DNA of 64,000 nucleotides, from the NCBI GenBank assembly GCA_945829235.1, contig CALZUA010000002.1:58650-122649 (forward strand). The letters run 5' to 3'. The position numbers and the translations under genes were made by a program. The first letter of the stretch is position 1; every line of letters begins with the position of its first letter. Shown here in pieces: positions 18,833 to 27,804 of the stretch. The notes under the pieces are model-generated. The model was not told the DNA's origin. It worked only from the letters and a program-made list of their open reading frames with translations, and searched no databases. This stretch comes from an uncultured Clostridia bacterium (GTDB lineage Bacteria; Bacillota; Clostridia; Oscillospirales; Ruminococcaceae).

Positions 18833-19339
18833 TTATGCTAATTCTTCATCAACCCAGCCGTTGTATTTTTTGCCCGATTTTGCACCCGTTAAATTGATGA
18901 CAACCCAACTCCAGATGCTCATTCTGTCGTCAAGGGAAAATCTGTTATTTAACGGAGGATAATTGACAACTTCCTCGAGAAATTGTTCCTCATCGTCAAC
19001 CTCGATTTGCATTTGAATTTCAAATAAATCGTCCTCGCCGATAACAAGCGGTTTGAGCAATTCATCGGGAACAACTATACCTTCCTCGCAAATCAGCCCG
19101 TCATAACCGTGCCGCGCGAAATCGTATAACAGATATTCATTGCCGCAACGGGAGCATTTTGCCTTGACGGTTTGAGCGTATTTTTCTTGATATTTTTCAA
19201 TACCAATTTGTTCGCCGATAACTTCGCCGAAAAATCTTATTCCAAAGGTTTTGCACCCGCACTCGCAGATAAGATTTCCTTCAAGGCACTCGGCATCGGT
19301 TGGGTGATAAATTTTCTCAAGATGCTTCGGCTTCATCAC
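18833..19339 (-). CDS. hypothetical Cys-rich (CxC..CxxC) acidic protein
   Basis: CECGC...CSRCG is a putative zinc ribbon, and the C-terminal half is acidic. The start overlaps the argJ stop (ATGA), and the stop overlaps the SD of argB. Confidence 0.6.
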   Translation of the reverse strand: MMKPKHLEKIYHPTDAECLEGNLICECGCKTFGIRFFGEVIGEQIGIEKYQEKYAQTVKAKCSRCGNEYLLYDFARHGYDGLICEEGIVVPDELLKPLVIGEDDLFEIQMQIEVDDEEQFLEEVVNYPPLNNRFSLDDRMSIWSWVVINLTGAKSGKKYNGWVDEELA

Positions 19340-20571
19340 GTTCTGTACTCAGCGTTGATTTTAACGTAATCAAACGTCAAATCACAGCCCCAAGCAATCG
19401 CGCTTTCGTTGCCGTCGTGCAGGTCAACGAGAATTTTTATCTCGTCCTCGGAGAGAATTTCCTTTGCGGTTTCCTCGGAGAAATCAACTCCCGCGCCATT
19501 TCTGCAAACGGGAAGCGTGCCCTTTGCGCTCGCCAAATCAACGGAAACCATGTCGATATCAAAATCCGCGTCCGCGTAGCCGATTGCGCACAAAATTCTG
19601 CCCCAGTTCGCGTCTGCCGCGAAAAGTGCCGCTTTAACCAAGCTCGATGAGATAACCGATTTTGCCACGGTTTTGGCAATAGCCTCGGTTTTTGCGCCTT
19701 CAACAACGCATTCGATGAGCTTTGTTGCACCCTCGCCGTCCCGTGCTGTTTCACGCGCAAGATTCATCATAACCGCATAAAGCGCGTTCTCGAAAATCTC
19801 GTAGTTTTTGTCCTCGCAGATAATTTCGTCATTTCCTGCAAGTCCCGATGACATCAGGAAAAGCGTGTCGTTGGTTGAGGTGTCGCCGTCAACGCTTACC
19901 ATATTGTAGGTGAGCGAATTGACCTTTCTGAGCGCCTTTGCAAGCAGTTCACCGTTGATAGCAACATCGGTTGTGATAAACGCAAGCATTGTTGCCATAT
20001 TCGGGTTAATCATACCGCTGCCCTTTGAAATACCGCCGAGGTGACATTTCTTGCTGTCAATCTCAAACTCAACAGCAAACTCTTTCTTACGGGTATCGGT
20101 TGTCATAATCGCTTCGCAGGCAAGGGAGCTGTTCTTTTCGGAAAGCCCGCTTAAAAGCGCGGGAACTGCGGCTTTTATTGGTTCGATGCTGAGCTTTTGC
20201 CCGATAACTCCCGTTGAACCGACAAGAACGTCCTCGGAAGAAATACCAAGTCCTTCCGCTGCCAGAGCGCACATCTGCTCAGCAATTTCAATACCGTTTT
20301 CATTGCAGGTGTTTGCGTTTCCGCTGTTCACGATAATAGCCTGAGCAAAACCGTCCTTGAGGTGCTCGCGCGAAACGATAATGGGCGCACCCTTAACCTT
20401 GTTTGTTGTGAAAAGCGCGGCCGCCTTGCAACGAACATCGCACGAAATCAGCGCCAAATCACGCTTTGTGTTATTTCCCGCCTTAATTCCTGCGATAACG
20501 CCGGAAGCCTTAAAGCCTTGCGCCGCGCACACGCCGCCGTCTGTAAACTCATATCCTTCAAATTTAACCAT
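19336..20571 (-). CDS. argJ: bifunctional ornithine acetyltransferase / N-acetylglutamate synthase
   Basis: Full-length ArgJ pattern, including autoprocessing site ATMLAFITTD. Confidence 0.9.
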   Translation of the reverse strand: MVKFEGYEFTDGGVCAAQGFKASGVIAGIKAGNNTKRDLALISCDVRCKAAALFTTNKVKGAPIIVSREHLKDGFAQAIIVNSGNANTCNENGIEIAEQMCALAAEGLGISSEDVLVGSTGVIGQKLSIEPIKAAVPALLSGLSEKNSSLACEAIMTTDTRKKEFAVEFEIDSKKCHLGGISKGSGMINPNMATMLAFITTDVAINGELLAKALRKVNSLTYNMVSVDGDTSTNDTLFLMSSGLAGNDEIICEDKNYEIFENALYAVMMNLARETARDGEGATKLIECVVEGAKTEAIAKTVAKSVISSSLVKAALFAADANWGRILCAIGYADADFDIDMVSVDLASAKGTLPVCRNGAGVDFSEETAKEILSEDEIKILVDLHDGNESAIAWGCDLTFDYVKINAEYRT

Positions 20572-20583
20572 AATTATCCCTCT

Positions 20584-20997
20584 TTATAATAAACCATCGT
20601 TCATTTGTTCCACAATCAAAGCCCAAAAATTGTCCTCGCTTGAAAACGCGTCTTCATCGAGCTTTTTTATTTCCTCAACAAAACGCTCGGTGATATTGAG
20701 CGGTTCTTCGCCGTTATCCGAAGCATTTTCCTCGGGCAAATCCCGGTATTTTTTAAGCTCCCGCGCAAATACTGCCAGAGCGCTTGCCGCATATCGGACA
20801 ATATTGTTCTCGGGCTCGAGAATATAAATCTTTCCGTCTGCGCCGAAGCCGACAAGCTCCTTTGTCACGGAAACCTCGGCTGCGATTATATACGGCAGTT
20901 CCTTGAATTGATGAACATAAAATTTCTCGTGCTTGAGAAACTTTATCCCGAGAATTTCCTCATCGGGAACCCAAACGCCCAAATCCTTGTAATACAT
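20584..20997 (-). CDS. hypothetical protein, SUKH (SMI1/KNR4)-like
   Basis: LVGFGADGKIYILEPENNIVRYAASALAVFARELKKY matches the SUKH core pattern as I remember it. The start overlaps the argC stop (TGATG). Confidence 0.55.
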   Translation of the reverse strand: MYYKDLGVWVPDEEILGIKFLKHEKFYVHQFKELPYIIAAEVSVTKELVGFGADGKIYILEPENNIVRYAASALAVFARELKKYRDLPEENASDNGEEPLNITERFVEEIKKLDEDAFSSEDNFWALIVEQMNDGLL

Positions 20998-21929
20998 CAG
21001 ATTAACCCCGTTTTTTCGTCAATTCCCATCATAATGTTGAGGCACTGAACAGCCGCTCCCGAAGCACCCTTGCCAAGATTATCAAGACGTGAGCAGAGGA
21101 TAAGCCGCTCATCGTTACCGTTGACGAAAATCTGCATATTGTTTGTACCGCTTATATTGTTTGCACCGATAAAGCCGTCCTCGGGTTCACCCTCGGGCAT
21201 TACCTTAACAAAATAAGCGTCCCCGTAAAACTCCGCGAGTGCCTTTCGGACATCGTTTGGAGTATATTTTTTTGTGAGAAGCCTTGTGAAAATCGGAACA
21301 GAAACCACCATTCCGCTGAAATAATCGCAGACAAGCGGGTTAAATGCCGGAACAAACGAAAGACCGCAGATTTTCTGCATTTCGGGGAGGTGCTTGTGCT
21401 GTTGAGTGAGAGCGTATTGCCGCGGGCTGTCAAATTCAGCGGGGCGGTTTTCACCCTCATAAACGGCGATTGCCTTTTTTCCTGCGCCGCTGTAACCCGA
21501 AACCGCGTGACAGGTTACGGGATAATCCGCGGGCATAATTCCCATCTTAACCAGCGGATAAACCATTGAAATAAACCCGCTCGCGTAGCACCCGGGAACA
21601 GCCGTGCGATTGCTTTTCTCGATTTTACTGCGGAAATCCTTGCCAAGCTCGGGGAAACCGTAAGCCCAGTCGGGATTTGTGCGGTGAGCGGTGGACGCGT
21701 CGATAATTCTGACCTTATCTCCCGCCATTGCCACAGCCTCTTTAGCCGCCGCATCGGGCAGGCAAAGAAACGTGAAATCGGCAGAATTTATCAGCTTTTT
21801 GCGCTCATCTGCGTCCTTGCGCTTGTCCTCGTCAATTTTGAGAAGTTCGATATCGTTTCTGTCCTTGAAACGCTCGAGAATTTTTAGTCCCGTTGTGCCT
21901 TCCTGTCCGTCAATATAAACCTTAACCAT
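20997..21929 (-). CDS. argC: N-acetyl-gamma-glutamyl-phosphate reductase (short type-2 form)
   Basis: DGQEGTTGL NAD motif, catalytic PGCYA, about 310 aa. Confidence 0.9.
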   Translation of the reverse strand: MVKVYIDGQEGTTGLKILERFKDRNDIELLKIDEDKRKDADERKKLINSADFTFLCLPDAAAKEAVAMAGDKVRIIDASTAHRTNPDWAYGFPELGKDFRSKIEKSNRTAVPGCYASGFISMVYPLVKMGIMPADYPVTCHAVSGYSGAGKKAIAVYEGENRPAEFDSPRQYALTQQHKHLPEMQKICGLSFVPAFNPLVCDYFSGMVVSVPIFTRLLTKKYTPNDVRKALAEFYGDAYFVKVMPEGEPEDGFIGANNISGTNNMQIFVNGNDERLILCSRLDNLGKGASGAAVQCLNIMMGIDEKTGLI

Positions 21930-23307
21930 TGCAAAGCTCCTCTAATTTTTTCCTTACCGTTTTAACCTGCAAAAGAACGCTATCGGGCGAAGGACCACCG
22001 TAGGATTTGCGTTCCTTAACGCAGGTATCGAGATTTATTGCCTTATAAACTTCCTCGTCAAAAAGCTCACTTTTCTGCTTGTAATCATCGAGAGAAAGTT
22101 CCTCGAGAGTTGTATTTTTGCTGATACAGAGCGCAACAAGTTCGCCCGTGAGCTTATAAGCCGTTCTGAAAGGCATACCCTTTTTAACAAGATAATCCGC
22201 ACAGTCTGTTGCGTTGATAAAGCCCTTTGCGGCGGCTTTTCGCATATTTTCCTTGATAACGGTCATTGTTGCCAGCATCGGAATAAAAGTTGAAAGGCAG
22301 AGCTTGATGTTGTCAACCGCGTCGAAAATCGCTTCCTTGTCCTCCTGCATATCCTTGTTGTAGGCGAGCGGAAGTCCCTTCATCATTGTGAGAAGCGTCA
22401 TATTGTCGCCGATAACGCGGCCTGTTTTTCCGCGGATAAGCTCGGTGACATCGGGATTTTTCTTCTGCGGCATAATGCTGGAGCCTGTTGAAAACGCGTC
22501 GTCAAGCTCGATGAACTTAAATTCCCACGAGCACCACAAAATAATTTCCTCGGAGAAGCGCGACAGGTGAACCATACAGATTGAAAGCGCCGAGGCAAGC
22601 TCCAAGCAAAAGTCGCGGTCGGAAACACCGTCAAGCGAGTTCGCCATAGGTTCGGTCATTTCAAGCAGGGAAGAGGTGCGTTCGCGGTCTATATTGTAGG
22701 TTGTTCCCGCAAGCGCACAGCTCCCGAGCGGGTTTACGTTCATTCGCTTGAATGTGTCGTCAAGCCGCCCGATATCACGCAAAAGCATCTGCGCATAAGC
22801 CATAATGTGATGACCGAAGGTAATGGGCTGGGCGCGCTGTAAATGCGTGTAGCCCGGCATAATCACGTCATAGTTTTTCTCGGCAATATCGCAGAGAGTT
22901 TCAGCAAGCTTTACAATCAGCGCGCGGATTTCCTTGATTTCATCGCGCAGATAAAGCCTGATATCGAGAGCGACTTGGTCGTTTCGCGAACGCGAGGTAT
23001 GAAGCCGCTTTCCTGCGTCACCGATACGCTTTGTAAGCTCCGCTTCGACAAACATATGAATATCTTCCGCACCCGCGTCAAATTCAAGCTTTCCACTGTC
23101 GATATCCGCGAGAATTTCTTTCAAACCGCCGATTATTTCAAGGCTGTCGCTCATACTTATAATGCCCTGTTCACCGAGCATTGTCGCGTGAGCGATACTG
23201 CCCGCGATATCCTGCTTATACATTCTCGCGTCGAATGAAATTGACGAATTGAACACGTCTACGCTCTTGTCAACCTCTTTGGAAAATCTTCCTGCCCACA
23301 TTGCCAT
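21922..23307 (-). CDS. argH: argininosuccinate lyase
   Basis: GSSIMPQKKNPD signature and HLQRAQP. Confidence 0.95.
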   Translation of the reverse strand: MAMWAGRFSKEVDKSVDVFNSSISFDARMYKQDIAGSIAHATMLGEQGIISMSDSLEIIGGLKEILADIDSGKLEFDAGAEDIHMFVEAELTKRIGDAGKRLHTSRSRNDQVALDIRLYLRDEIKEIRALIVKLAETLCDIAEKNYDVIMPGYTHLQRAQPITFGHHIMAYAQMLLRDIGRLDDTFKRMNVNPLGSCALAGTTYNIDRERTSSLLEMTEPMANSLDGVSDRDFCLELASALSICMVHLSRFSEEIILWCSWEFKFIELDDAFSTGSSIMPQKKNPDVTELIRGKTGRVIGDNMTLLTMMKGLPLAYNKDMQEDKEAIFDAVDNIKLCLSTFIPMLATMTVIKENMRKAAAKGFINATDCADYLVKKGMPFRTAYKLTGELVALCISKNTTLEELSLDDYKQKSELFDEEVYKAINLDTCVKERKSYGGPSPDSVLLQVKTVRKKLEELCNG

Positions 23308-23394
23308 AGCATTTTCTCCTGTCTAAAACACACAAAGCGGGAAGTAATCCCGCCTTGCGGTAATTTTGGTTAATCCGTACAAAAGTATCGATAA

Positions 23395-24615
23395 TTACTT
23401 TCTGTTCTCATCAAGAAGCGCCTTGACCTTAATCGGCAGACCGAACAGGTTGATAAAGCCTGCGCTGTCCTTCTGGTCGTAAACATCGTCCTCACCGAAC
23501 GAAGCGAAGTCCTCGCTGTAAAGAGTATAGGGAGAGGTTACGCCGGCGTTGATGATGTTGCCCTTGTAGAGCTTGAGTTTAACGTCGCCGGTAACGGTTT
23601 CCTGCGTCTTGTCAACAAAAGCGTCCATAGCCTCGCGCAGAGGAGTGTACCACTGTCCGTTGTAAACCAAATCAGCGTACTTCTGAGCAAGACCATACTT
23701 GTAGTGCTGGGTTTCCTTGTCAAGGCAGATTGTTTCGAGAACCTCGTGAGCGTGATAGAGGATAGTTCCGCCGGGGGTTTCGTAAACGCCGCGCGACTTC
23801 ATTCCGACAAGACGGTTTTCAACAACGTCGAACAAACCGATACCGTTTTCACCGCCGATTTTGTTCAAGGTCTTGATGAGCTTAACGCCGTCCATTGTCT
23901 CACCGTTGAGAGCGGTGGGGATACCCTTTTCAAAGTGGATTGTAATATAAGTGGGCTTGTCGGGAGCCTGCTCGGGAGAAACGCCGAGCTCAAGGAAGCC
24001 TTCCTTATTATATTGAGGCTCGTTCGCGGGATCCTCGAGGTCAAGTCCCTCGTGAGAGAGGTGCCAGAGGTTCATATCCTTGGAATAGTTGGTTTCGCGG
24101 GTAATCTTTATCGGAACATTGTGTGCTTCCGCATAATCGATTTCCTGATCGCGGGACTTGATGTTCCAAATTCTCCACGGAGCGATAATCGTCATATTCG
24201 GAGCGAGAGCCTTGATTGTAAGCTCGAAGCGAACTTGGTCGTTGCCCTTGCCGGTACAGCCGTGGCAGATAGCGTCCGCGCCCTCTTTCTTTGCGATTTC
24301 AACAATTCTCTTCGCAATAGGAGGACGAGCAAAGGAAGTACCGAGCAGATAACCCTCGTACTTTGCGCCAGCCTTGAGGGTAGGGAACACGAAGTCGTTT
24401 ACAAACTCGTCCTGAATGTCCTCGATGTACAGCTTGGAAGCGCCGGTTTTCTTGGCTCTTTCCTCAAGACCTTCAATCTCCGCGTCCTGTCCAACGTTAC
24501 CCGCAACGCAGATAACCTCGCAACCCGGATAGGTTTCCTTCAACCACGGGATAATAATAGAGGTATCAAGTCCTCCGGAATATGCCAGAACTACTTTTTT
24601 GATTTCTTTTGCCAT
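23395..24615 (-). CDS. argG: argininosuccinate synthase
   Basis: AYSGGLDTS and [16 protein letters not shown] 24615 ([15 protein letters not shown]) has an AGGAG SD. The ORF-track start 24660 falls in the promoter. Confidence 0.95.
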   Translation of the reverse strand: MAKEIKKVVLAYSGGLDTSIIIPWLKETYPGCEVICVAGNVGQDAEIEGLEERAKKTGASKLYIEDIQDEFVNDFVFPTLKAGAKYEGYLLGTSFARPPIAKRIVEIAKKEGADAICHGCTGKGNDQVRFELTIKALAPNMTIIAPWRIWNIKSRDQEIDYAEAHNVPIKITRETNYSKDMNLWHLSHEGLDLEDPANEPQYNKEGFLELGVSPEQAPDKPTYITIHFEKGIPTALNGETMDGVKLIKTLNKIGGENGIGLFDVVENRLVGMKSRGVYETPGGTILYHAHEVLETICLDKETQHYKYGLAQKYADLVYNGQWYTPLREAMDAFVDKTQETVTGDVKLKLYKGNIINAGVTSPYTLYSEDFASFGEDDVYDQKDSAGFINLFGLPIKVKALLDENRK

Positions 24616-24651
24616 AGTAAAAAACTCCTTTTTAAAAAATATTTCATTTTT

Positions 24652-24679
24652 ATTATACACTTTTTTTACAATTTGTCAA
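24652..24679 (-). promoter_or_regulatory. consensus sigma-70 promoter of the arg operon
   Basis: On the minus strand: TTGACA (24679..24674), 16-nt spacer, TATAAT (24657..24652). Confidence 0.7.
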
Positions 24680-24685
24680 GTGGAA

Positions 24686-24776
24686 ATATTCAATAATTTG
24701 AATAAAATCGGCAAATATTCAATATTTTTTGCGATTTTTCAATAATTTTTTAAAAATGTGTGAATAATATTCATAA
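24686..24776. promoter_or_regulatory. cluster of ARG-box-like palindromes (putative ArgR/AhrC operators)
   Basis: ATTCAATAATTTGAAT (24688..24703), AAATATTCAATATTT (24713..24727) and TGAATAATATTCA (24761..24773). All are built from TGAAT/ATTCA half-sites. The spacing is one nt shorter than the classical 18-mer. Confidence 0.5.
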
Positions 24777-24797
24777 AAATAAATATTATTTTTGTAA

Positions 24798-24826
24798 TTG
24801 ACAAAACGAAAATTTGCTGTTATAAT
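24798..24826 (+). promoter_or_regulatory. consensus sigma-70 promoter of the XRE-ImmA operon
   Basis: TTGACA (24798..24803), 17 nt, TATAAT (24821..24826). The inverted repeat AAATAT-n6-ATATTT at 24829..24846 is a possible operator. Confidence 0.7.
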
Positions 24827-24862
24827 AGAAATATCAAAAAATATTTTAGGAGGATAATTATT

Positions 24863-25264
24863 ATGAAGATGAACGAAAAACTTGATATAATGCTGAGCCG
24901 TCGTCATTTGAAGAGAGTGGAGTTTGCCGAGAGCATCGGTATAACCTACCGCGCTTTTGCTTATTATATGACGGGAAGCCGCAAGCCGCGCAAGAGCGTG
25001 CTTGAGAAAATGGCGGCAAAGCTCGAGGTTACGCCGGAGTTTTTGCTTGATGACAGCATTGATATGGAGCTTACCACCGAGGAGAAGTTTATCAGCGGTA
25101 TCGCAAGCAACGGCGGAAGCACAACCGACGCGGCAAAATTCCTTGCACAGTCGAGAGGTCTGTTTGCGGGCAACGCGCTTTCGGACAAGGATAAGGAGAA
25201 CCTGCTTGCTTGTCTTAACGAGATTTATCTTGACGCACGCAAAAACAGCCAAAATGAAAAATAA
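24863..25264 (+). CDS. XRE family helix-turn-helix transcriptional regulator
   Basis: N-terminal HTH_3 pattern (LKRVEFAESIGITYRAFAYYMTGSRKPRKSVLEKMAAKLEV). The stop overlaps the next start (TAATG). Confidence 0.8.
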   Translation: MKMNEKLDIMLSRRHLKRVEFAESIGITYRAFAYYMTGSRKPRKSVLEKMAAKLEVTPEFLLDDSIDMELTTEEKFISGIASNGGSTTDAAKFLAQSRGLFAGNALSDKDKENLLACLNEIYLDARKNSQNEK

Positions 25265-25758
25265 TGCAATATATTCTTGAAAGAGCGAAAAGTGTTCTCG
25301 AGGAATTTGGCGGTCGAGATGTCTTTGAAACCGCGGAAAACGCGGGAGTAAACATCTGGTTTCGCACTCTGGGGAGCTTGAAGGGCTTTTACATATTTGA
25401 GAATAATTGCAGATACATTGTGATAAACGAGGAACTCGATGAGGTTACGAAAGGCGTAGTCTGCGCTCACGAGCTGGGTCACGATATGCTTCACCGCAAG
25501 CTGTCTGTCGGGGGAATTCGCGAAAACACGCTGTTTCTTGCCAACAATAAAACCGAGCGCGAGGCAAATCTTTTTGCGTCCGAGATACTTATATCTGATG
25601 ATGATTTTTTGTCGGCGCTGTCTTATTGCGACAGTATAAAAAGCCTGTCTGCTCAGCTTGGATTTCCACCCGAGCTAATACAGTACAAGCTTGAAACGAT
25701 GAATTTCAAAGGATATCATTTCAAGTTAAGCGACGTTAAAAATGATTTTCTGAAGTAA
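25264..25758 (+). CDS. ImmA/IrrE family metallo-endopeptidase (COG2856)
   Basis: HEXXH motif AHELGHDMLH plus downstream EREANLFASEILI. Confidence 0.85.
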   Translation: MQYILERAKSVLEEFGGRDVFETAENAGVNIWFRTLGSLKGFYIFENNCRYIVINEELDEVTKGVVCAHELGHDMLHRKLSVGGIRENTLFLANNKTEREANLFASEILISDDDFLSALSYCDSIKSLSAQLGFPPELIQYKLETMNFKGYHFKLSDVKNDFLK

Positions 25759-25771
25759 TCGGGGTGATTTT

Positions 25772-26785
25772 TTGGATATAAAGTCAACTTTAAAATCGCT
25801 TACCTCCGAAACGGGCGTTTCGGGGGAAGAATTTCCTGCGTCCAAACGGGCGGCAGAGTTTCTCGCGGAGTATGCCGAAGACGTGAAAATTGACGCTTTC
25901 GGCAATGTAACGGGCTTTGTCAAATCGGATAATCCCTCTGCGAAAACGCTTATGCTGGACGCTCATATTGACAGAGTCGGTTTCATCGTTACTTTTATCG
26001 ATGAAAGCGGCTTTATTGGCGTGGGAAAATGCGGTTCGCCCGATATGAAGGCACTGCTCGCGCAATCGGTTACGGTACACGGAAAAAAGGACGTGCTCGG
26101 CGTTGTATCAACGCTCCCGCCGCACGTTTCCAAGGAAAAAGGCGTTCCGGAAATCGGTGATGTGTGGATTGATGTGGGACTTTCAAAGGAAAAGGCTGAG
26201 GAGGTTATCTCGCTCGGCGATAAAATCACGGTAAATTCTGCGTTTCGGGAACTTTTGGGCAACAGAATTTCCGCGCCCGCCGTTGACGACAGAAGCGGAG
26301 TTTGCGCAATTTTAGTTGCTCTCGATATGCTCAAAGGAAAAAACCTCGCGTATAATCTCGCCGTGACTTTTTCTTCGGGTGAAGAGGTTGGTGAACGCGG
26401 CGCGAAAATGACTGCTTTTTCCGTTCAGCCCGATGAAGCGATAGCCGTTGACGTGTCCTTCGGAAGAACACCCGACAGCTCTGCGAAAGATACCGCTGAG
26501 CTTGGAAGCGGCGTTATGATAGGCTTTTCAGCGGCCCTTGACAAGGAGATGTCGAACAAGCTCTGCGAAATTGCAAAGCGTGCTGATATTCCTTTCACGC
26601 GCGAGATAATGCCCGAGTCCACGGGAACAAACGCGGACGCCATCGGCATAAGCGGAAAAGGCGTGAAGTGCTGCACACTGTCCTTTCCTATCAGATATAT
26701 GCACACTCCCGTGGAAACGGTTGATTTAAGCGATATCGAAGCCACGGCACGGCTGATTTGCGAATATGCGGGAGGTTGCGAATGA
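25772..26785 (+). CDS. M42 family aminopeptidase (FrvX/YsdC-like)
   Basis: LDAHIDRVGF, DDRSGV and SGEEVGERGA metal-ligand motifs. TTG start with a GGGGTGA SD. Confidence 0.85.
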   Translation: MDIKSTLKSLTSETGVSGEEFPASKRAAEFLAEYAEDVKIDAFGNVTGFVKSDNPSAKTLMLDAHIDRVGFIVTFIDESGFIGVGKCGSPDMKALLAQSVTVHGKKDVLGVVSTLPPHVSKEKGVPEIGDVWIDVGLSKEKAEEVISLGDKITVNSAFRELLGNRISAPAVDDRSGVCAILVALDMLKGKNLAYNLAVTFSSGEEVGERGAKMTAFSVQPDEAIAVDVSFGRTPDSSAKDTAELGSGVMIGFSAALDKEMSNKLCEIAKRADIPFTREIMPESTGTNADAIGISGKGVKCCTLSFPIRYMHTPVETVDLSDIEATARLICEYAGGCE

Positions 26786-27804
26786 ACAAGTTGAAAGAAT
26801 TGTGTCTGATAAACGGCGCTTCGGGCGATGAAAGCAGAGTTCGCGCGTATATCCGCGATTATATTAAATCGAGAGTAACTCCCGATGAACTGTACACGGA
26901 CAATCTCGGAAACCTGATTGTATTCAAAAAAGGCAAAAAACGTACCAAAAACAAGATTATGTTCTCGGCGCATATGGACGAGGTTGGGTTTATGATAACT
27001 CACATCGATGATGACGGTTTTCTGGGCTTCGGCGAGGTTGGCGGGATAAATCCGTCGGTTGTTGTCGGGCGGGGAGTGCGCTTGGAGAGCGGCATTTCGG
27101 GGGTTATCGGAACAAAGGCTGTTCACCAGCAGTCTGCCGAGGAGCGCAAAAACCTCCCCGAAATAAAGTCGCTTTATATCGATATCGGCGCAAGCTCACG
27201 CGATGAAGCAGAGAAATTCGCGCCGCTGGGTAGCTATGCTTATTTTGACGATGACTTTTTCAGCTTCGGCGACGGTCTTGTCAAGGGCAAGGCAATCGAT
27301 GACCGTGCGGGCTGTCTGATAATGATGGATATGATTTGCGGTGAACCCGAGTATGACGCTTGGTACGTTTTTACCGTTCAGGAGGAAATCGGGACACGCG
27401 GCGCGGGTGCGGCGGCATTTGTGGTTGCTCCGGACATTGCTTTTGTGCTTGAATCAACGACCGCTTGCGATATCGCGGGAGTTTCGGGCTCAAAAAAGGT
27501 CTGTGAGCTGGGAAAGGGCGCGGTTGTGTCGTATATGGACAACGGCGCGATTTACGACCGCGAGCTGTACAAACTGGCAATGAAAACGGCTTCCGAGAAC
27601 AACATTCCCGCGCAGACGAAAACGCTGATTGCCGGCGGCAACGACAGCCGTTCAATCCACATTTCTCGCGGCGGTATACGCTCTTGCGCGATTTCCGTGC
27701 CGTGCCGTTATCTTCACTCGCCGTCTTGCGTAATCAAGGAAAGCGATTTTGCGGCGGTAAAATCCCTTGCCGAGAAAATGCTTTCCGCAGCCGCTGAGCT
27801 ATGA
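26782..27804 (+). CDS. M42 family aminopeptidase (paralog)
   Basis: AHMDEVGF, IDDRAGC and VQEEIGTRGA. ATG 26782 has a GGAGG SD and overlaps the previous stop. Confidence 0.85.
   Translation: MNKLKELCLINGASGDESRVRAYIRDYIKSRVTPDELYTDNLGNLIVFKKGKKRTKNKIMFSAHMDEVGFMITHIDDDGFLGFGEVGGINPSVVVGRGVRLESGISGVIGTKAVHQQSAEERKNLPEIKSLYIDIGASSRDEAEKFAPLGSYAYFDDDFFSFGDGLVKGKAIDDRAGCLIMMDMICGEPEYDAWYVFTVQEEIGTRGAGAAAFVVAPDIAFVLESTTACDIAGVSGSKKVCELGKGAVVSYMDNGAIYDRELYKLAMKTASENNIPAQTKTLIAGGNDSRSIHISRGGIRSCAISVPCRYLHSPSCVIKESDFAAVKSLAEKMLSAAAEL

Noticed and set aside
24719-25252. 177-aa minus-strand ORF covering the arg/XRE intergenic region and the XRE gene.
   Set aside because: It would start inside the XRE coding region and run through two promoters. 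It has no SD and its composition is typical of a shadow frame. The XRE HTH on the plus strand is convincing.
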